A DNA stretch of 64,000 nt from Azolla caroliniana (lineage: Eukaryota; Plantae; Polypodiophyta), in NCBI GenBank assembly GCA_043228905.1, contig JBHGNT010000012.1:4836001-4900000 (forward strand). Direction: 5' to 3'. This document shows positions 27,656 through 39,302 of the stretch, piece by piece. Every line of letters begins with the position of its first letter. Within the stretch, counting starts at the first letter, position 1. The notes under the pieces were generated by a model. It was not told the origin of the DNA, did no database searches, and saw nothing but the letters and a program-made list of their open reading frames with translations. A program made the position numbers and the translations under genes.

Positions 27656-27918
27656 TGTCCTCGCCCATATATGTATGTGTGTTCATGTTTGTGTTTGAGT
27701 CCATGTCCATGTCAGTGTCAGTGTCAGTGTCGCTTGTCCACGTCCCCATGCCCCTCCGCGTTTGTGTTTGTGTCCAATGTCCACCCCGTTTGAACGCAAG
27801 GGGTACGCAATGTCCTCACCCATATATGTATGTGTGTTCATGTCAGTGACAATGTCTTGTGTCGCTTGTCCACGTCCCCATGCCCCTCCGTGTTTGTGTT
27901 TGTGTCCAATGTCCACCC
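27656..27918. repeat. Imperfect tandem duplication (~155-bp period) upstream of SGF29
   Basis: tgtcctc.cccatatatgtatgtgtgttcatg...gtccaatgtccacccc starts at 27656 and 27811. Confidence 0.8.
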
Positions 27919-27976
27919 CACATTCATGCCACATGAGATTTTGTTTGAACGCAAGGGGTACGTATGGGAAATTTGG

Positions 27977-27984
27977 AAACCCTA
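27977..27984 (+). promoter_or_regulatory. Telo-box AAACCCTA upstream of SGF29
   Basis: Motif ~110 bp upstream of the ATG at 28095. Confidence 0.4.
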
Positions 27985-28094
27985 GGGGCAGCCCTCGAAT
28001 TTTGACCTAAATTATTATTGGTACATATTTGCTTTTCAACAGACACAGTCACAGTCAGAGACAGAGAGACAGAGACAGAGACAGAGACGGCGCC

Positions 28095-31000
28095 ATGGCT
28101 AATTTCGAGTCGGCGAATGAACGCCTGAGAGAGCTGGAGAGTCTCAGGAGGAGCCAAGAAAGCGTCATAACGAAGATCAACAAGATCCACATCCGGCTGC
28201 ACAATACCAGTCAGTATCTCTCTCCCTTGCTTCTCCTTCTTGCATCAATGTCTTGAAAGGTTTAATCGCACACACAGAGATCAGAGAAACGTTCTTAATA
28301 CACGGGCTAACGTGGAATCTCTCCACTTGAGGCGGAACCTCGTCAAATGTTGTTTTTTTCTTCTTGAGCATGGATTTTTTCTGGTAGAATTCGACGTTTT
28401 CTATTGAATTAAGTCGAGTTTTGTGGATTGTGTGAAAATGTTGTTACATTCCATCGTATTACTGACACAGTTTCCATTTTTAAGCTCTATGGAACTTCAC
28501 ACGGCCAACTTCTCCTGTATGCTTGCATTCACCCCCTATCTATAACTGTGATTGGCTGGTCAATCCTTTATGCTTGCGTTCACCCCTCTCTATACAAGTG
28601 ATTGGGGGGTTGATCAAGTTATCAACGGGATCATCAACTGTATCATCACATCAACTCACTAAGCTCTGATACCATTCTAGCAATTGTGCAGGTGGGGCAA
28701 TGAATTTGACATTGGCGAGTTTAGAAATTGCTTTTGTCACCCACTATAAATTCAATCCACCTCGTGTCTTCCTTAGGTTGTGTTCTTAATAAATTTCATG
28801 GATTCCGCTACCCATGCTCTGGTGGCATGACAATGAGCAGGTAAGACACTTGCATGTGGTGATGATGTTTTATAGCCCTTGTGGTCATGATCTACCACCA
28901 AATCCTATCTGTGCACACAATGCACTCCTCAGTTTTATCTGACTTCCATTTGACTCCATTTGCATTGCGTGCTTCCATTGGTCTGCTCTTCCTTAAGCTT
29001 TGATTACCTTGAAGTATTCTTCATAGCTGTTTATGAAGTATGTGAAGCTTGTTCTCATGCTTATTGGATACCCATATTTTGATGGATATGTTGTGTATTT
29101 CACATGACCCCTAAATAGACAGAGGAGAGGCTGAATGCACAATGCATTGACACTGGGTTACCTTGAAGTACTTGCCATGATCATTAGGTAAATAGGTGAT
29201 GCTTGTTGTCATGCTAGTAAGTGCCCCATATTAATGGATATGCTATTTATATAGCCACAACGTAGGCAAAGAAGAGGTTTGGGGGTATATATAAAAACTC
29301 TACTAAATGTATATAAATAAGATGCACACAATTGCTTTTTTATGGGTCAAGGTACAAGGCAGCTCCATGACCTTCTTTCTGGTTGAATCCTGTAAACCGC
29401 ATCATGAAATCTTCTCATTGTTATGTATTTGGAGTTGGTAAGATAGAGAAGGTATAATAATGGTAGTTGGTGATGTAAAGGCAGTCATAATTGCTGCTCG
29501 ATGTAAATGTAAATGTTAGAAACGGAAATGAATTGATATGTGGGCCCATTTTTATGGATATATATAAGAAGAAGATATCCGGTTCAAACTGTCAAGGGCT
29601 GAAGCAAAAGCCAGTATTGAATCAGAAATGGAAAATGAAGCGTGTGTGTATATATATATGCACACACACATATTGAAGATTACAGGCATGATGCATATAA
29701 ACCTTATAGCAACTTCAAATAGGTAAGATACAGACTATAAACTTCATTGCAAATCACAAAAGAGATCACAAAATTGTTGTATAAGATCCATATTCTATCC
29801 TTTGCATGGCTCGAGTTTGGGCAAGAGTAAGAAGAGGCAGGGAATGGAAATTGGGGTGAGAAAAAGAACAGCAAGTAGGTGGAGACTCGCAAGCAAACAC
29901 AAACTATCTGATTGATTAGTGGACAGAGAGTACCGGGCTATCAGGCATTGAGAGTATACCCATGACATTATAGAAATCCAGATCCACTATGAGCAAGAAT
30001 GTTTTGGTTCATAATGGTTCTGGATTTCTATAATTTCATGGCTACACTCTCAATTTTTCTAAGATCTTTTGTTTGAATATTTATAGTTACAAAATCGATT
30101 AAATGTCAGGCCCAGATGTAGCTGAGAAATATTCAGAAAAACTGTGGATCAGACTTCGTGCATTATACAATGAAGCAAAAGCTCGTGCAGATGATGAAGA
30201 GAGGTATCATATGAAGTCTTTCTTTCTTTGATTTGTACAGTTAGATCCTCACTTTATTTTTCTGGGTTCCTGAAGGATCTCTACAACATTAATTGAAGTG
30301 CTTGATGGTCTCATAACTCCGGGGCAAGCTGTACCACATCGGAAAAAATCAGGTTTTTTTTTGTTCAGAAAACTCATAAATGTTCTTTTCTTTAAATTTG
30401 AAGCACTGGCTAGGATTTTGCGGTTTGATTCAAATCACAAGAAAATGCTTCCTTTTCTTCAAGTTTATAACATATTTTTACATCATTGTCCACAATTCTG
30501 TATAGGATATTGATGAATAATGATTTAATATAACTGGCCAGTTATACTACTGGCAAAACTTCTCTTTTTGTTTAACTTTGTGGTGATGTAATTCAACCTT
30601 TTCTAAAACTGATTATTGATATTGTAAGCTGTAAAGTGGTGTGTATTTTCAGAAAGATTTCATTATAAAATTTAAATATTTGTTTCAACAGAAGGTGGTG
30701 AACAGAAGCGCAAGCGAATAAAAGCAGAGACAGATCCATCTCGTTTGTCGTCACCATCTCTTACCCTTAGATCACCTGCAGAGTCTAGTCAAGTGCTTGT
30801 AGGAGATCAGGTATTAATGCCAGCCAGCTATTTGCTTAATTTAAGGGACATGATTTGTGTTCAGGGTTTCTATTTTTATAATGATTTTTTGTGTTCAGGT
30901 TGCTGCTAGAATATCGCCTGATAATGCAGACAAGGATGAATGGATAGTGGTGAAAGTGATCAGATTTGATCGTGAATCAAACAAGTGTGATATTCTTAAC

Positions 31001-33020
31001 GCTATTGCACTGGAATTTGTATATACATATTTTCGTATAGATTAAAGTTGCAAATTTGTCTTTTGGATTTCCTTCCATTTTTGCATTTAATATTATTGAA
31101 ATTATGCAGGTTTGAGGTCATTGATGAAGAACCTGGCGATGAAGATGAAAGTATTCAAAGGTTTCACTTGACTTCTTTATTTCTTTATTTACCTGCATGT
31201 GTGTCTTTATTTATAAAGATGTTTGTTTGTGTGTATTTAAACTTTATGTAAATAGATGTAAAAATGCTGTTCTTTGGCAGTATAAAAAACTGTTTCTTCT
31301 TTCTTTATTTACTTGTATGTATGTCTCTACAAAGACGAATATTTAAACTTGCATGTTTGTTTGTGTGTATTTAAACTTTATGTAAATAGATGTAAAAATG
31401 CTGTTCTTTGGCAGTATAAAAAACTGTTTCTTCTTTCTATATTTACTTGCATGTATGTCTCTACAAAGACGAATATTTACGTGTTTTAAACTTTGCATAA
31501 ATAGATGTAAAAAGGCTCTTCTTCTTTGGCAGTAAAAACCTGTTTCGCCTTTCTATTTTTTTCTTCTCCATGTGCATCAATGCAAGTCAAGTCAAAGCAG
31601 ACCCCTACTCTTTCATCGTCTCTTTGATAATTTGCACAGTATGCGTTTGCTAAATATAAAAAAAAAATATTAGAATTTTTACAGAAATTGAACATCTAGT
31701 GAGTGTGAACTTAATGATGGTTGATAGGTTATAGAGGCTTGGCAAGATTTTTTGTATCAATAATACCCCAGAGGATTTGGGAACATTTAGTTCATCTCCT
31801 AATAGTTGAGCACCAGTGTGTCAGGATCACACCATTGATGCCTCTCCTAAATTTTTTTACGTCACTAGGATCCACTATTCTCATTGCAATCTATGCTTTG
31901 TGGAGAGTTGGAGTCACCTAATAATGTGTATTCAGATCAACGTGCATTGTCAATTTAGGGTTAAAAAAATATTATTCATGGATATGGAAATGGATATCTG
32001 TCAAGTCTTTCAAACAGATGGCCTCCTTGTATGTAAAGGCCACAATAAATAATTCAGGGAAGCCTAACAGTGAAGAAAGGCAAGTATCCAAGTGATGCCA
32101 CACATTCTCATCTGTTCTCAAGGTAATATTCACAACATAAGACAATGATACAAAGAACCAATCTGGGCAAGCCGATTAGAACTTCATGAAGCCTACTCTT
32201 CAAATTACCTTCATCCTTCCACCCAAAAACTGATGTTTGTCCACAAATTTCCTTCTCTTGGTCTTTTCTCCTCGTATAACTCATTTTTATTTCTCTTCAT
32301 TGAATCTGATGAAGAACCTTGCTCACAAAGTGCAAACTTGGAAACGAAATATGGACAGAAAGAGTGCAACTTATAAAAATGGCATTTGTAACTTTTATTT
32401 GTGAGTGCTATGATCCGTGACTATGTGTGTATGTATTTGTTTCTTTCTCTGGGGGTTGAGTTGGAGGTGCAAACTCTGTTTGAAAATATTTTGTTACTAT
32501 TTCTGTGGATTTAGCAGGAAGTACAAACTCCCATATTCATGCATCATCCCATTTCCTAAAGCAACAGACCCTTCAACTGCACAAGAGTTTACTACAGGCT
32601 GTCAAGTTCTGGCTGTTTATCCTGGAACCACAGCTTTGTATAGGGCTGCAGTTGCAGCTCATAGGAAGGTATTGAATGGATAATACTAATCAATTATCAT
32701 TTATATGAATCAATGATATAATTTTGAATCCAAAATATACAACTTCATTGGGTATATTTTAACTGAGCATTATTGTTGAATGCATCATTTGTGGAGCTGC
32801 AGAGGAAAACAGACGAGTGAGTGACCATATATCTTTCTTTATTTTTTGTTATCCTGATATTTTTGAATTAATTTCCCAGCTATCATTCTGATTTTTAACG
32901 CGGAATTTCAGGTATATACTGGAATTCGATGATGATGAAGAAGAAGGTATGGATGGATTACCACAGAGGCAAGTACCATTTTATCATGTAGTTCAACTGC
33001 CAGAAGGTCATCGACAATAG
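28095..33020 (+). CDS. SGF29: SAGA-associated factor 29 (tandem Tudor H3K4me reader), 9 exons
   Basis: Phase-consistent GT-AG exons: 28095-28209, 30110-30203, 30276-30352, 30692-30810, 30899-30984, 31110-31160, 32518-32668, 32803-32816, 32912-33020. Translation includes GDQVAARISPDNADKDEWIVVKV, FEVIDEEPGD, VLAVYPGTTALYRA and EYILEFDDDEEE..LPQRQVPFYHVVQLPEGHRQ*. Confidence 0.93.
29947..30054. repeat. Near-perfect ~108-nt inverted repeat in SGF29 intron 1
   Basis: attgagagtatacccatgacattatagaaatccagatccactatgagc versus the revcomp of the right arm, attgagagtgtagccatgaaattatagaaatccagaaccattatgaac. Confidence 0.85.
31220..31560. repeat. Tandem duplication, ~134-bp unit x2 plus a partial third, in SGF29 intron 6
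   Basis: tgtttgtttgtgtgtatttaaactttatgtaaatagatgtaaaaatgctg... at 31220 and 31354, with a diverged partial copy from ~31485. Confidence 0.85.
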
Positions 33021-33388
33021 AGAAGAACCTCTTGATGCAAGAGAACATTTCAGATGTAATGTAACATACATGTTTGTTGGGATATCTTTTCCAAAACTGT
33101 TAATGATATTGTCCTGGTTGCATATCCATATTTGTACATAAATTTATGTAGCTATGGAGCAAATGGCAATACCAATCAATATGTATAATATAAAAGAGAG
33201 AACTAAATTATATGGCCAATTTAAGATATGTAATCTCTAAGCTATACTCGCATCATTCTACTTGTTGCATCTATCGGGTTTACATTCGAATGTTATTATA
33301 CATGACGGTTTGATGGTGTTATGTTTTCACACTAGACGCAACCTACATGATATGTTAGGAGTTTAAATCTCAAGTCTGTGCTGGCTCC

Positions 33389-33781
33389 TAGCAATTGGCA
33401 ATGGTTCGGTTCGGTTTCAACAGTTAGAAACTGTGGTTTAAACGGTTTTTATTTTTTATTTTTAAAATTTAAAAATTGCTTAATTTTTTTTAAAAAACTA
33501 TTTTTAAACAATCTTTTCAGTTTCATGGCTTATTCTCACATTTTGAAAACAATTTAAATTTAAGTAATGAAATAATTTAAAATTTAAAATTAAAAAAATT
33601 GATTTTTGAACTAAGCTGAAAACCGAAACCGAGCCATGAAATTGCGGTTTTATCGGTTTAATGGCTTAATGGTTTGAATTTTTTTAATGGTTTGGTTTAA
33701 AAATTTTTAATGGTTCAGTTTCAATTTTAAACGGTTTGGTTTTGACCCTCTCGAATCGAACTAAACCGTTGCTGATTGTTA
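33389..33781. mobile_element. hAT-like MITE downstream of SGF29
   Basis: Ends tagcaattggcaatggtt / aaccgttgctgattgtta with many AAACCG/CGGTT motifs. The flanks ctggctcc / ccagctct differ by three transitions, consistent with a decayed 8-bp TSD. Confidence 0.6.
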
Positions 33782-34140
33782 CCAGCTCTAAGAACTTTTG
33801 TCAAATATTATGCAGGTTGCTTCTAGATCCTAATGTCTAGCATAAAAAATCAAGCATTTTCGTATATGAACTTTAAGACAAGAACAAGCATGTGATTTTC
33901 TATATGCCCCTATATTTTTGTAAACTATGTAGTGTTGATGGATTAGTTTTATTGTGGCATTGCAAAAAACTAAAGTTTTTTGTCCTTTTAGCCAATCATT
34001 GCACATTAAATATCGTTTTAAACTTCATCTTACCAAGTTATCATACCATAAATGCAAAGGTATCACTAAAAGTTCAGAAATGTGAATACTTGTGGTACAT
34101 GTCTGTTGTTTAGTTTAAAGCAATGTACATAATAATGACA

Positions 34141-34740
34141 ACATTCCCCTTTTGATGAACTACAATGCATGAGTTGAAGTTGGCTTATTGTGATATTGAT
34201 GATTAAACATCATTACAAGAATTGGGGTGCTTGCTAGATTCCTTAGGTTCACAAGTTTGATACTATACACCCAGAAAATGTGACCCATAAAAAAGTGAAA
34301 CATTTTCATGTAGTGTGTAGTGGATGAGTGACTCTTGATGCTCAAGAATTCTACAAAGAATGTTGTAGTTAATCATATACACCCAGAAAATGTGACCCAT
34401 AAAAAAGTGAAACATTTTCATGTAGTGTGTAGTGGATGAGTGACTCTTGATGCTCAAGAATTCTACAAAGAATGTTGTAGTTAGTCATATAAATGCTCAA
34501 TCTATTGTGTTTCAACATTTAGTGCTCTTTTGACAAAAAGGTTCCACATTAGTTACATGGCAATCGTAAGAGTGCAAAAAGTTTAGTAATTCTCTCCAAT
34601 AATGGTACTTGCATCCTCATGACTACATTCGGATAGGAAACAAGTCACAAGTTGGAATTCAATCACATGACAACTTGTCTTAGTAGTTGTGCAAGATGCT
34701 ATTCTAGAGTCGGATAAGTAGATCAGAACCTTTTAAGGAT
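34141..34740 (-). mobile_element. Possible highly decayed Copia 3' end (RNase H remnant plus PPT)
   Basis: The minus strand ends catcaaaaggggaatgt (PPT-like followed by TG); only faint RNase H resemblance upstream. Confidence 0.3.
34264..34490. repeat. Tandem duplication, 112-bp unit x2
   Basis: acccagaaaatgtgacccataaaaaagtg... at 34269 and 34381, near identical (gives duplicate ORFs in the track). Confidence 0.92.
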
Positions 34741-34767
34741 AGTGTGAGCTAAGTTTCATATATGTCC

Positions 34768-37700
34768 TGTTGGGATAAAAGTCCTACTCCACCCATTGTT
34801 CCTTAGTGAGAACACCCTTTCATAGTTAGGGCTTAGTTCCCCTATGTATAAATTAGAGGAACTCCTTTTTATAAGAGGATCGACTGGATTTGAATAAGAT
34901 AGTCTCTCTCTTTGCCATAACTATGGAACTGTTTTTCTCTGTATGCTTTCTGTATATGTTGTATTCTTGATACTACACAGATCCTCACGTTTACTCTACG
35001 TCTTGCTTGTTCCAACTAGCAAGATCCATACTTCCTTCCGCATAAGTATATACATATTCCGCACAGTCGTCCAAGGCACAACATATTGCCATCAACTGGT
35101 ATCAAAGTGATATTGGAATTGAGTAGCATCTGTGTAAGAGGAGGAAGAAGCTTGAAGGAAAAGACCAGGTTGCACAAACACGTCCATACGAACAATGGCT
35201 TCGACATCCGATACAGGCTACAAAATCAGAAAATTCGACAACAAGAAATTTGCCCTTTGAAAGGAGATGATGTAGGATGTGATGATCATCATATGCCAAG
35301 TAGAGGCAATTCGGTACAACAAGAAGCAGGCAACGATGATAGTAGAAGAATGGCAACCACTCTACGAACGAAATTGCGAGTCAAACCATTAGAATGCATT
35401 TGGCTAAAAACATTTTCTTCAGCATGGCTAAAGAGAGTCGACCACATTCGCCCTATGAGAAAGAAGTCGTGCTCGTAAAAACTCATCCCGATTCAACAAT
35501 TATTCAACATGAAGATGAGAGAAACTTAGTCGACTACCTCCCATATCAACACCTTTTATCGGGTCTAGACCAAACTCTCCTCGCAAGGCTTGAATTTTGA
35601 AGAGGAAATTGAGGCACTTGCACTTCACTCGAGCCTCCTGACGAGGTGGGAAGTCTTTTGTACGACAATCACCAACAACCTCACTAAGTTGACACTAGAC
35701 GAAGCAATCGAAGCGGTGTTGTCGGAAGATCTTCGAAGGAAATCGATGGGCCTCACTATTGATGATAGTACCAAAGCTCACTTCTCCACGAGAATGGCTC
35801 AGAGAACTGGAGATATCACAACAGGCATAGGAGAAGTCGAGAAGCGGGACACCAAATGCCTATAAACTACCCCACAACTGATAACAATATACATGTTGCT
35901 GAATCCTGGTCGGGAGAAATCCTCCCATTAGAAGGCTCGTCGACAAGAGAAATCCTATTTAGTGCACAAGATGCAAAGACGTGGCTACTTGACTCGGGCG
36001 CCACCTTTCATGTGACCCCTCACAAAGAATGGTTTTTGTACTATTGGACTTGTGCCGGCTTAGTCCGACTTGGCAATGGACAGGAATGTTGAAACGCCGA
36101 AACAGGTGAAATTCACATTCAGTTGCCGAATGGAAGTCTAATAACCTTGCACCAAGTCTGGTATGTACCCAATCTAAAAAGGAGCCTTATCTCCATCAAC
36201 ATGTTAGCCAAAGATGGTTACAAGATGACACTAAGTGAGTCGTCATGGCAAATTGCAAAAGGGAATCTACATCTTGGCCATAGTGTAAAGTCCAACAATT
36301 TGTACCCACTCACAATGATTAGTCGAGAGGGATCACTTAATGTAATCGAAATGTTGACTCCATCACTCTCGCATGGACGACTGGTCCACATGTCACAGAC
36401 TGGGCTTGAAAGACTTTCGCCACTTGGCTACATCCCAAAACTCAATTATGTTGAGTTTGACTTCTACGATCATTGTCAATACGGGAAATAGACCCGAAGT
36501 CCTCACTTAGTTCATTACGAAACAATACGACAAACCCTAGAGCTAATCCATAGTGACATCTGCGGGTCGATGGTTGAAAGATCTCTAGTAGGCATGCGGT
36601 ACTTCATCACATTTGTCGATGATTGTACGTGCAAAGTATGGGCTTATTCAATTAAGTCTAAGGACGAAGCACTCGAAATCTTCGTTCAATGGTTGATCCA
36701 AGTTGAAAACTGATCTGATTACAAGGTGAAGACTCTACGGTCGGACAATGGAGGAGAATACACCTCCAAAACCTTTGTCAAGTACATGCCCGAAAGAGGG
36801 ATCTGACATCAACGAACCGTTCCCAATGTTGTTTATGTACGCGTATTTAACGTTTAAATACGTATAATACCTCATAAGTTGTGTAGTGCGTACTATACCT
36901 CAATGTTGTTTAGTCAAATATCATGTACATTTGTTCAATACGGTATTTAACGTACATTTGAAAAAGTCGGTATAATATGTATTTATAAAAAAATGTAAGT
37001 AACACCCTAACAAAAAGCAAAAGAAAAACAAATTAGTGAAAAAGAAGAACAGAAGAGACGCTGACGACGAAGAAGAAGAGAAAGAAGAAAAAGAAGAAGA
37101 TAGAAAAGAAGATAGAAACTTGTCCTGACTTCTGAGTGTGATAATCGCAAAAGACAAAAGAAGAAGAAGAAGAAGAAGAGGGAAAAGAAGATAGAAACCT
37201 TTCATGAGTGTGATAATCGCAGAAGAGAGAAAAGAAGATAGAAACCTATCCTGAGTGTGATAATCGTAGATGATTCCTCAATCTATAAAGGCATAATCAC
37301 AAATAATTACAATTTGAAGTAGAACATCGTGATACACACTTACACTGAATTATAGAATAAATGAATGTCGATATCCATATTACTACAAGTATTTTAGGAC
37401 GTGAAATGTTCAAATGTTTTATATGCATTTTAGGATGTAGAACTATAATTTACATAACAAAAACTGTGTAAACATAGATGCTTTTTAAAATATTACAAAT
37501 ATTTTTTAGAAAGGTAAATAATTTTTTCAAATACTAGAAGTATTTAACGTACTATACGTAAATTTCGTATTTTATAAGTATTTAACATATTAAAAAACGT
37601 ATTTAACATATTTTTAAATTGGGAGGTACTATACATGTATTAATACGTTATATATATATATGATATCGGTACCGTATCTAACATACCTAACAACCTTGAT

Positions 37701-38110
37701 TGTTCCCTACACCCTGATGCAAAATGGTGTAGCCAAATGAAAGAACCAAACCATTCAAGAACGAGTGACAACAATGCTCTAGCACGTAGGACTCAAGCTA
37801 GAATTCTGGGCAGCGGCAGTGTAGACGGTTGTTTACTTAATCAATCTGTCATCATCCAAGGCCATCAAACTCCAAGTGCCACAAGCACTATAGTCGGGTA
37901 AGCAACCAAACTATGATCGGCTTCACATATTCAGGTGTGAAGCATATGCCCACATACCAAGGGAGAACCGAACGAAGCTAGCGCCCCATTCGAGAAAATG
38001 TTGTTTTCCCAACTATGGATCATACGACAACTTCGGCTTTTGGTTTTGGGACCTAGAGCACAGGAAACCGATTCGAAGCACAACATAGTCTTCAATGATG
38101 AAGGGTCAAT
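34768..38110 (+). mobile_element. Degenerate, 3'-truncated Ty1/Copia element
   Basis: Putative 5' LTR 34768-35094 (TG...CA) and tRNA-iMet-type PBS tggtatcaaag at 35097. Gag remnants, protease WLLDSGATFHVTPH, GAG-pre-integrase (H..H..C QYGK) and integrase core to ~38110. Many stops. Same broad lineage as the Copia at 54389. Confidence 0.85.
36824..37698. mobile_element. Non-autonomous hAT-type element nested in the Copia integrase
   Basis: TIRs caatgttgtt / aacaaccttg. 8-bp TSD accgttcc (36816-36823) / attgttcc (37699-37706). Removing it restores the integrase reading QRTVPYT. Confidence 0.8.
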
Positions 38111-39302
38111 CAACTCGGTCCGATCAAACCTTGCCCTACACTAGCAAGAGAGTTAGTTTTGACTATTTTCAAACCAAGTTTGAGGATAAAATGTTGAACA
38201 CCAAACCCGACGTGGCTAGTTGACCAGCAAATCCGAAAGAGCACTAGTAGAAAAAATTTTGAGTAGAGCGCTCGATCTAAACTGGCCACGACACGAATGA
38301 ACTGGTCGAAATTTTTAATGCCTTTTGTCTTTACAAATTTGGCATAATTTGCTCTAATTCATCAATGCATAACCTAAATATAGTTGGTTAGAGTCATCTT
38401 TGCTTAAACCAATAGTTCTATTGAAAGAATATGATATTTCATCGCCCATATACACACAACACATAAGCTTCTTATAGATTCAAAAGACTTGGAAGTATAC
38501 ATTCACTTGGCACTTTGAGTTCTTGAAAGTGAAAAGAGTAAACTTTACCCTCAATTTTTCAACCAAAGGCAATAAAACCAAAATGTGACCTCATGTTGCC
38601 TTCTTCACAAAACCTTTCTAACTGCCACCATCATATATTATAATAGTACTTCAACTCTCATTTTCCATTCAAAACACCACAAATGAATTACAACTCTCAT
38701 CCTAAGACAAAATATTTGGTCTTTTGTACAATTGACATGTAAATCTAGAGAGGATATGCACCTTAAAGCTTGACGGAAAGAAATGTCCTTGGAGGAACAA
38801 TCACAAAACAAAACACATCAAAAGAAAAAACTCTTTCCAAGACATTCAATAGCTGAATTTGCATACACTGATTCAACTAGCATAGTGTGTACACACTATG
38901 AACTGGCCGACTGAAGATACACGAGCCACCATGGAAAATAGCTCCAGTAACATGAATGGCCAAAGTGAAGAACTTATTCTATTGGTAGAATTAGATAATG
39001 ATTACCCGTGGTTTCAAATGCAAGTAGCCATATGTTTTCTAACTCTCTTTCCAAAACTTGAACAAAATGGTAAAACATCACCAAGAATGTTTCCCAAATA
39101 GCAATTTTACTACACTAATCCAACGGAGGTAATCATATGTACACACATTTAAATATAGGTCAATGAGACTCTTGTGCATGATATATGCACATCTGCATAC
39201 ATTATCAGATTTTGTTACCATATAGTTTGTGCTTTAAGAGATAGATGTATATGCACAAGCAAACCTAAGCCCACAATTCTTTGCTTGTTACTTGATGAGC
39301 AT

